From Scyliorhinus canicula (taxonomy: Eukaryota): a stretch of DNA of 64,000 bases. Every line of letters starts with the position of its first letter. Positions within the stretch are counted from its first letter, which is position 1. Below, one piece after another: positions 12,501-19,659 of the stretch. Made by a program: the position numbers and the translations under genes. The DNA is taken from positions 87,587,626-87,651,625 of the forward strand of contig NC_052146.1 in the NCBI RefSeq assembly GCF_902713615.1, read 5' to 3'. Below the pieces are notes generated by a model. That model ran no database searches and was not told the origin of the DNA. It was given only the letters and a program-made list of their open reading frames with translations.

Positions 12501-15500
12501 TGCGTGGGTTTCACCCCCACAACCCAAAAGATGTGCAGAATAGGTGGATTGGCCACGTTAAATTGTCCCTTAATTGTAAAAAATAATTGGGTACTCTAAA
12601 AAAAATTTTTTTTTAATTGTTAGCGATGCCTATATCCATGAAAGTACAAAAATAATGCCAAGGTCTCATCTGCCATTCTGCAGTTGACATGAAAAATACC
12701 CCTGAGCATGGAATTCACAGTTTAAAAAAAAATTCATTTACGGGATGTAAGACCAGCACTTATTGCCCGTTCCTAGTTGCCCTTCACAATGTGGTGGTGG
12801 GTTGCCTTCTTGGACCGCTGCAGTCCTTCAGGTGTAGGTACACCCACTGTGCTGTGAGGGAGGGAGTTCCAGTATTTTGTCCCAGTGGAGGAATGGTGAT
12901 ATATTTCCAAGTCAGGGTGGTGAGTGACTTGGAGGGGAACCTCCAGGTGGTCTGGTTCCTAGGTATGTGCTGCTCTTGTCCTTCTAGATGGTAGTGGTCG
13001 TGGGTTTGGAAGGTGCTGTCAAAGGAACTTTGGTGAGTTACTGCAGTGCATCTTGTAGATGATACACGCGGCTGCCACTGTTTGGCGGTGGTGGAGGGTT
13101 TGTGGAAGGAGGAGCAATCAAGTGGGCTGCTTTTTCTGCACTCATCCAAGCAAGTGGAAAGTAATCCATTACATTCCTGACTTATGCCTTGTAGATAGTT
13201 GACAGGCTTTGAGGGGGGGTCAGGAGGTGAGTTACTCGCTGTAGGATACCTAGCCTTTGACTTGCCCTGGTAGCCAGAGTATTAATGTGGCAGGTCCAGT
13301 TCACTTTCTGATCAATGATGACCTCTAGGATGTTGATTGCAGTTCTCAATGTTCATTCTTCAACCAGTATCAATAAAACAGCTTAATGCATAATTCCAAA
13401 CACTATTGGTGAGCTTGCTATACCTGAATTTGGGACGGCAGGGTAGCGCACTGTGGCTTCACAGTGCCAGGGACCTGGGTTCGATTTCTGGCTTGTGTCA
13501 CTGTCTGTGTGGAGTCTGCTTGTTCTCCCAGTATCTGCGTGGATTTCCTCCGGGTGCTCCGGTTTCCTCGCACAAGTCCCAAAAGACGTGCTTGTTAGGT
13601 GAATTGGACATTCTGAATTCTCCCCCAGTGTACCCGAACAGGCGCCAGAGTGTGGCGACTAGGGGCTTTTCACAGTAACCGCATTGCAGTGTAATGGAAG
13701 CCTACTTGTGACACTAATAAAGATTATTATTATTTTCCAGCAAAACGATCACAGCTTGCAAAGCAGTTTGGAACATCCTGATGATCTGAAAGGTGTTACA
13801 TCAATTCAGATAATTAGGGGAATAAAAGTACTTAAGAGTGAATGCAGAATCTCATTTCATTGTTAAACATTTAAAAAATATTTTCCAATTAAGGTGCAAT
13901 TTAGCATGGCCAATCCACCTAACCTGGTCATTTTTGGGTTATAGGGGCAAGACCCACACAGACATGGGGAAAACGTGCAAACGCCACATGGACTGTGACC
14001 CGGGGTCAAACCTGGGTTCCTGTTGCCGTGAGGCAGCAGTGCTAACCACTGTGCTGTCCCCTCATTGTTAAACTCATCAACAAGATTATTAAGGCCATAA
14101 ATGAAAGCAAGCAAGGCACTGGAGTTTGTTTCTAGTGGGATAGAATTGAAATCAGAGATGTTATAAACTTCTGTAGAGTCTTAGTTAGACAGACTACATC
14201 CGAATAGCTCTAATACTATGAAAAGGACATTGAGGCAAAACAAAATTACTAGAATGACACAAGAACTTAGAGACTATACTTATCAGGAAAAATTGAACAT
14301 ACCGGGACTCTTTTAAAAAGGCCGCTTCACTTTCCATTCAGCGATTGCATTACTTAATCTGGGAAAAGTGTTTCAGTTTAAAATAACAGCAGAAAGCAGT
14401 GTTCAGAAACTGTGCATTCTGCAGGTTTGTCGCCCTCAACAACTTTCTGTGCTTTTATTGTGTAGTTAGAAAGAGATAGCTAGATAGAGATAAAGACAGG
14501 TAAAGTGGGGGCAGCACGGTGGCACAGTGGGTTAGCCCTGCTGCCTCATGGCACCGAGGTCTCAGGTTCGATCCCGGCTCTGGGTCACTGTCTGTGTGGA
14601 GTTTGCACATTCTCCCCGCGTCTGCGTGGGTTTCGCCCCCCACAACCCAAAGCAGCACGGTAGCATGGTGGTTAGCACAAATGCTTCACAGCTCCAGGGT
14701 CCCAGGTTCGATTCCCGGCTGGGTCACTGTCTGTGCGGTGTCTGCACGTCCTCCCCGTGTGTGCGTGGGTTTCCTCCGGGTGCTCCGGTTTCCTCCCACA
14801 GTCCAAAGATGTGCGGGTTAGGTGGATTGGCTATGCTAAATTGACCGTAGTGTCCTAAAAAGTAAGGTTAAGGGTTATTGGGTTACGGGTATAAGGTGGA
14901 TACGTGGGTTTGAGTAGGGTGATCATTGCTCGGCACAACATCGAGGGCCAAAGGGCCTGTTCTGTGCTGTACTGTTCTATGTTCTATGTTCTATGTGCAG
15001 GGTAGGTGGATTGGCCACACTAAATTGCCCCTTAATTGTAAAAAATGAATTGGATACTCTAAATTTTTTTTTTTAAAAGACAGGTAAAGTGAATGGGCAA
15101 GAACCCTGAAGATAAAATAGAATGTGGCTATCCAATTTTGTAGAAAAAATAGAAACGTAGCATATTTTATGAGTGGAGAGAGATTGGGAAATTTTGCTAT
15201 TTAGAGCAACCTCAAATGTCCTTGTAATCAAAGCACAAAAATTTGTATGCAGGTCCAGCAATCATTTGGGAAAACTATTACGGTCTTTATTACAAACAGA
15301 TTAGTGTACAAGAGTACACTACGCAAAGCATAATCCTCTGCCATTTTCACCAACTCCAGCGTGATGCCACCACCAAACACATCTTCCCTTCACTCCCTCT
15401 GTCGGCATTCCGCAGAGACCGTTCCCTCCGAGATAATCTAGTCCACTCGTCCACCACACCCAGTACCCCTCCCATCATCCATGGCACCTTCACCTCTTCC

Positions 15501-18500
15501 ATTCTTAACATCCCACGCCCAAAACACTCATTCCAGGTTAAGCAGCGCTTCACTTGCATCTCTTCCAATTTGGTCTACTGCATTCGCTGCTCCCAATGTG
15601 GTCTCCTCTATATTGGAGAGACCAAACACAGACTGGGTGATCGCTTTGCTGAGCATCTTCGGTCTGTGCACATTCAGGACCCTGACCTTCCCATTGCTTG
15701 CCGTTTCAACAAAAGACCTTGCTCCCAGGCCCACATGTCTGTCCTTGGCCTGCTGCAATGTTCCAGTGAAGCTCAACGCAAACTGGAGGAACAACATCTC
15801 ATCTTCCAGTTAGGCACACTACAGTCTTCCAGTCTCAACATCGAATTCAACAACTTCAGATGATTAGTTCTAGCCCACCGCGACCCATTTGTTTTCATCC
15901 CATTTAATTTTAACTGTCTTTTACCATTTCTTTATTTCTTGTCTTTCTTAATATATATTAACCCCCCCATCTTATCCACCTTTCCTTACCCTTTCTCCTC
16001 TTTGCTTCCCCCTTCCCCTCCCCCCACATCTACAGTTCACCCACTGATGTTAGTTTCTCTGCTGTTTGGCCTTTCACATCTTTTGTTCTCTCTGGGACTG
16101 CCATTAGCACTCTTTTCCCTTGGTTTCTATGGCCATTAGCACACGGTTTCCCTGGGTTTCTGTGGCTATGACTCATCTTTCATTCTCACTCCACAACATA
16201 AATATTTCCCACTTTCTCTCTGTTAGCTTTGACAAAGAGTCATCGGACTCGAAACGTTAGCTCTTTTCTCTCCCTACAGATGCTGCCAGACCTGCTGAGA
16301 TTTTCCAGCATTTTCTCTTTCATTTCAGAATCCAGAATCCGCCCTAATTTGTTTTTATCCAGTGTACAAGAGTAAGTAGATTTCACTGCAATTATATAGG
16401 ACATTGGTGCGACCATACGTTGAATATTATAAAGTTTTAATCTGCATACAGCAACTTGCATTTACACAGCATCTTTAATGGAAGAAAACATCCAAAGGTA
16501 CACCCAAAAAAGGAAATACTTATTTAGGGAGGGTGCATTGAAAAGTTAACTCGATTGATTCTTGGGGAGAGGAAATTGTCCAACGAGGAGACATCAAGTA
16601 AAATAGGCCTATTTACCTAGAGTTTAAAGAATGTAAAGGTATTTTTTATTCATTCATGGGACGTGGGTGTCACAGGCTGTGCTAGTATTTATTGCCCATC
16701 ACTAATTACCCTTGAAGGAGCAGGTAAGAATCAACCACATTGCTGTGGGTCTGGAGTCACATGTAGGCCAGACCAGGTAAGGAGGGCAGTCCAAAGATGT
16801 GGTTAGATGAATTGGCCATGCTAAATTACCCTTAGTGTCCAAAATTGCTCTTGGTGTTGGGTGGGGTTACTGGGTTATGGGGATAGGGTGGAGGTGTGGA
16901 CTTGGGTAGGGTGCTCTTTCCAAGACCCGGTGCAGACTCAATGGGCCAAATGGCCTCCTTCTGCACTGTAAATTTAGATTTAGAACAGTACAGCACAGAA
17001 CAGGCCCTTCGGCCCTCGATGTTGTGCCGAGCAATGATCACCCTACTCAAACTCACGTATCCACCCTATACCCGTAACCCAACAACTCCCCCTTAACCTT
17101 ACTTTTTAGGACACTACGGGCAATTTAGCATGGCCAATCCACCTAACCCGCACATCTTTGGACTGTGGGAGGAAACCGGAGCACCCGGAGGAAACCCACG
17201 CACACACGGGGAGGACGTGCAGACTCCGCACAGAGAGTGACCCAGCCGGGAACCGAACCTGGGACCCTGGAGCTGTGAAGCATTGATGCTAACCATGCTA
17301 ACCACTATGCTACCGTGCTGCCCCTATTCTATGAAATTCTATGATTTCCTTCCCTAAAGGACATTAGTGAACCAGATGGGTTTTTACGACAATCGACAAT
17401 GGTTTCATGGTCATCATTAGACTTTTAACTCCAGATTTTTAATGAATGCAAATGATTGCATTGAAAGATATTGAAATGCTTGACAGGGTAGATGCTGGAA
17501 GGACGGTGTACAACTGGAGATTACAGTCGGAGTAAAGAATTTCAAAATAAAAAGGGGGAAATCACATTGCTGGGAGTGCACTACAAGCCCCAAACAGCCA
17601 GGGACAGATAGGAGATCAGATACATCTCAGAAGTGTAAAAACAATAGTGTAATAATAGAATGTCACTTCAACTGTCCCAATATTAATTGGCATAGTCAGG
17701 GTGTGAAAGGCTTAGAGGAGCTGGAGTTCTTGGTGCATCCAGGACAGCTTTTTGAGCCAGCACGTAGAAAGTCCTACAGGAGAGGAGCCGGTACTTTATC
17801 TAGTTTTTAAAAATAACGTCGAGCAGGTAGTATAAGTATTAGTGGGGGAGCATTTGGGTGATAATGATCATAACTCAGTAAGATTTACAGTAGTTATGGA
17901 AAAGGACAAAGATGGACCAGAAATGAAGGGGTTCTAAATGGGGGAAGGCCGATTTTAATAAAATATGACAGGCTTTTATTAGTTGTAGCATAGAATTCAA
18001 GAGCAGGGATGTTATGATGGAGCTGTGTAAAACCCTCATTGGACCACAGCTAAAGTACTGTGTATAATTCTGGTCACCAAACTACAGGAAGGATGTGATT
18101 GCACGAGAAAGAGTGTAGAGGAGATTCACCAGGATATTGCCTGGGCTGGAGCAATTTAGTTATGAGAGGCTGGTTAAACTAGGGTTGCTCTCCTTAAGAG
18201 CAGAGAAGGGAGACCTGATTGAAGTGTACAGAATTATGAAAGACATAGATAGGGTAGGAAGGAAGAAACTATTCCCCTTAGCAGAGTAGTAAATAGCCAG
18301 GAGGCATAGATTCAAGGTAACCAGGCAAGAAATTTGAGGAAAAACCTTTTAACCCAAAAAGTGATAGGAATCTGGAACTCATAGCCTGAGGTGTTAGAGG
18401 CATTAAGCATTTAAGCAGCATTTAGATGGGCACTCGAAATACCCTAGGATGTAACGCTACAGACCAAGTACTGGAAAATGGGTTCAGAATAGACAGCTGC

Positions 18501-19402
18501 TTGATGAGCGACACCTCTTTCTATGCTGTGAAACTTTGTCCCCAGGTGATCATTTAAGACAGAGAACAAAAAATGTCTTTATTCACAGAGTTATTTGGGA
18601 AATGTTACCACAGAGTTGTTGGATTTTTAAAAAAATCAATAGATTTTTTTTAGATTCAAGAGATATTTCTGTACATATCGAGTGGAGGCAGATGATCGAT
18701 CAACCAGATTTTTTTAAATGACAGAGCAGGTTTGAAGGGCAAATGCCTGAATCTATTTCTTGTGATCATTAACACAAATGCCTCCGTGGAAAATTATTTT
18801 ACCCAGCACATTCCAAATACTACAGAAGCTACTTCAGTTCCACCTGTGCTCAAATATTATCAATGCAAAATGAGTGTGTGCATGAGCAAGCTTGTGACTA
18901 AGAGCAGGAAAAGGCCATTCAACCCCTCAAATCTGTTCTATCTTTTAAAAAGACCATAGTTGATGTGTACATAGCCTGGACTCCAATTTCCTTCCCGAGC
19001 CCACCATCCTTAGACTCCCTTATCAATCTATGTAATCAGCTTTTAAAAATATGCAATGGGGGAAGAGAATTCCAGACTCACGACCCTCAAAGTGAGAAAA
19101 AAGTTATCTTCCACTTCAATCATTCAGCTGCAAAATCTATAACTGAAAAACAAAACTCAAAAATGCAGAATTTGTACTTTCAACCACTGAAGATTGTTGG
19201 ATAATTGCCATGGTAACCGCCTTACTGCTTCACCAACTGTTAGAAAATATATTCCAAACGTTTAACAGTCGATTTCAAACAGTGTCAGCTGGTAAAGTTA
19301 CAATTTCCAGTGTGAATGGAGAAACTCTACACTAACTAGCAGCAAGTTGCTGAGACAAACCTGCAGGACACACACTCCCTGAGGGAAGTCGTCCGCCGCC
19401 AT
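497..19402 (-). CDS. IQCC: IQ domain-containing protein C, spliced CDS join(19402-19361, 6526-6383, 2218-1828, 1120-999, 535-497), 245 aa
   Basis: Five GT-AG exons join in frame (42+144+391+122+39=738 nt). The N-terminus MAADDFPQGVCVLQ|AYVRGYLVRKKFHRLRQDYESIVKEIE carries the IQ motif. The C-terminal block [28 protein letters not shown] matches the conserved IQCC motif (human, from memory: [24 protein letters not shown]). Confidence 0.93.
636..945 (-). mobile_element. HE1-type V-SINE with CR1 tail (other copies 14652-14992+, 16981-17324-, 20113-20230+, 36338-36637-, 45313-45640-, 47550-47730-, 58170-58370+, 60519-60827+)
   Basis: tRNA-derived head, V-domain GCGTGGGTTTCCTCCGGGTGCTCCGGTTTCCTCCCACAGTCCAAAGA, tail CTGCACTGTAAATTCTATG. 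Confidence 0.9.
999..1120 (-). CDS. IQCC: IQCC coding exon 4
   Basis: Acceptor caattttccag, donor AAT|GTAAGT; encodes (E)[40 protein letters not shown]. Confidence 0.93.
1189..1374 (+). mobile_element. tRNA-headed SINE without V-domain, same Rex1-like tail (second copy 19938-20103 minus)
   Basis: GGGGCTGTTTAGCAC..GGTTCGATTCCC head joined to GTGGCGACTAGGGGCTTTTCACAGTAACTTCAT...GTGACAATAA(TTTCA)n. Confidence 0.75.
1828..2218 (-). CDS. IQCC: IQCC coding exon 3 (acidic, poorly conserved linker)
   Basis: Acceptor ttcttctttgacag, donor G|GTAAAG; 391 nt open frame overlapping ORF 1784..2200; phases fit exons 2 and 4. Confidence 0.85.
3137..3359 (-). mobile_element. Short (~220 bp) V-SINE with A-rich tail
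   Basis: 15-bp TSD AGATGTAGCAAACAT (3122-3136, 3360-3374). Other copies ~1530-1762, 5680-5895, 12481-12614, 13870-14061, 27491-27715, 38954-39177, 55085-55230, 57380-57605. Confidence 0.9.
3375..4169 (+). mobile_element. Solo LTR related to 11393-12263 (5' boundary uncertain)
   Basis: Shares CCAATTAATTGGGACCA, GGCCATTGTTCCTCTGAC and the GAGCAACA end with the other LTR. Confidence 0.7.
4415..5185 (-). mobile_element. CR1 (HER1-type) LINE 3' fragment
   Basis: LYKALVRIHLEYCIRFWSPYLRKD; 3' tail ending in TTCTATG repeats. Confidence 0.9.
6383..6526 (-). CDS. IQCC: IQCC coding exon 2
   Basis: Acceptor ctctttttctag, donor CAG|GTATGT; 144 nt encoding AYVRGYLVRKKFHRLRQDYESIVKEIEEGLDLLEWDGKVLLRPKFKNQ. 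Confidence 0.93.
6628..6859 (-). mobile_element. tRNA-headed SINE ending in (TTTACC)n
   Basis: GGGGTCGGTTTAGCTCAGTTGG A box, GGGTTCAAG B box, tail GGACTATGGTGACTTTACCTTTTACC. Confidence 0.75.
7003..10560 (-). mobile_element. Stack of at least four CR1 (HER1-type) fragments in the same orientation, with a Penelope piece at ~9860-10110
   Basis: RT motifs GVPQGSVLGP, KFADDTK, LVRPHLEYC; separate 3' tails at ~7003, ~7043 and ~7542. Confidence 0.9.
9858..10110 (+). mobile_element. Penelope-like (second family) C-terminal fragment
   Basis: RRITEQKLIAKYRMHEYSLNRNLGFMLHY resembles the end of a Penelope GIY-YIG domain. Confidence 0.6.
11175..12650 (+). mobile_element. tRNA-headed SINE sharing 5' and 3' ends with the family B LINE; interrupted by a Penelope tail, a solo LTR and a short V-SINE
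   Basis: CTAGTAATCCAGAGACCCAG..GGGTTCAAATC head, body GACTCCAG..GCCACTCAGTT joined directly to the CAAGGGCAATTAGGGATGGGCAAT tail. Confidence 0.75.
11393..12263 (-). mobile_element. Solo LTR (871 bp)
   Basis: TGTAGCC...GAGCAACA termini on the minus strand, 4-bp TSD CTTT, internal TATAAAA and AATAAA. Confidence 0.9.
12730..13350 (-). mobile_element. Family B LINE 3' fragment
   Basis: Homologous to 46650-47320 (CCTGACTTGGAAATATATC, same tail). Confidence 0.8.
13432..13735 (+). mobile_element. V-SINE variant with a Rex1-like tail ending in (ATT)n (3' piece also at 55310-55443 minus)
   Basis: V-domain followed by GTGGCGACTAGGGGCTTTTCACAGTAA...CTACTTGTGACACTAATAAA. Confidence 0.75.
14508..15075 (+). 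mobile_element. Short V-SINE with a full HE1 nested inside
   Basis: 16-bp TSD AAAGACAGGTAAAGTG (14492-14507, 15076-15091); HE1 at 14652-14992. Confidence 0.9.
15317..16360 (+). mobile_element. 5'-truncated Penelope-like element (GIY-YIG endonuclease + 3' region)
   Basis: NLVYCIRCSQCGLLYIGETKHRLGDRFAEH; 14-bp TSD AGTGTACAAGAGTA at 15303-15316 and 16361-16374. Confidence 0.92.
16225..16262 (+). ncRNA. Minimal type I hammerhead-ribozyme-like motif in the Penelope 3' region
   Basis: AGCT-TTGACAA-A-GAGTC-ATCG-GACTC-GAAAC-GTT-AGCT: stem I AGCT/AGCT, stem II GAGTC/GACTC, GAAA, palindromic stem III. Confidence 0.6.
16645..17445 (-). mobile_element. Second copy of the family B-related SINE, interrupted by two tail-to-tail HE1 copies (16790-16975 plus, 16981-17324 minus)
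   Basis: Host sequence GGTAAGGAGGGCAG|ATTTCCTTCCCTAAAGGACATTAGTGAACC is continuous across the insert. Confidence 0.75.
17460..18760 (+). mobile_element. Decayed CR1 fragments (EN and C-terminal parts)
   Basis: Degenerate homology to CR1 (GTACTGTGTATAATTCTGGTCACC, GGAGACCTGATTGAAGTGTAC). Confidence 0.7.
19361..19402 (-). CDS. IQCC: IQCC coding exon 1 (MAADDFPQGVCVLQ)
   Basis: ATG in AAGATGG context at 19402; donor CAG|GTTTGT; phase 0 into exon 2, completing the IQ motif LQ|AYVRGYLVR. Confidence 0.88.
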
Positions 19403-19577
19403 CTTAGACCGGCACTGAGGACATGACGCAATTCCTTAACAGGAAGTAACGTACTCTATCCTTGTGACCAATCACCGCCGGCCGCCCGATAATTGACAGT
19501 CCGATTAACCAATCAGAGGTATGAAGGAAACCAGGCGGCGCCTGGTGCCGCGCATGCGCGGACAGACAGGCTGAGTG
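19396..19577. promoter_or_regulatory. CpG-rich bidirectional promoter shared by IQCC and ZBTB8OS
   Basis: 175 bp between divergent ATGs. YY1-like CCGCCATCTT 19396-19405 (overlapping the IQCC ATG), ETS core CAGGAAGT ~19440, CCAAT boxes 19468 and 19509, palindromic NRF1 site GCGCATGCGC 19550-19559; no TATA box seen. Confidence 0.85.
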
Positions 19578-19659
19578 ATGGACGACAGGGAGTATGATCT
19601 GAGCGCGGCTCAGAAAGCGGTGAAAGCCAAATATCCCCCCGTCAGTAAGAAATACCAAT
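19578..19659 (+). CDS. ZBTB8OS: ZBTB8OS coding exon 1
   Basis: ATG at 19578, KAKYPPV motif, donor T|GTAGGT (phase 1). Confidence 0.92.

Noticed and set aside
15243-15863. 206-aa GIY-YIG ORF as a host gene
   Set aside because: It lies in a TSD-flanked, 5'-truncated Penelope element; its start is in unrelated flanking sequence.
19404-19658. 84-aa minus-strand ORF across the promoter
   Set aside because: Antisense to ZBTB8OS exon 1, no recognisable homology, and it stops before the IQCC ATG.
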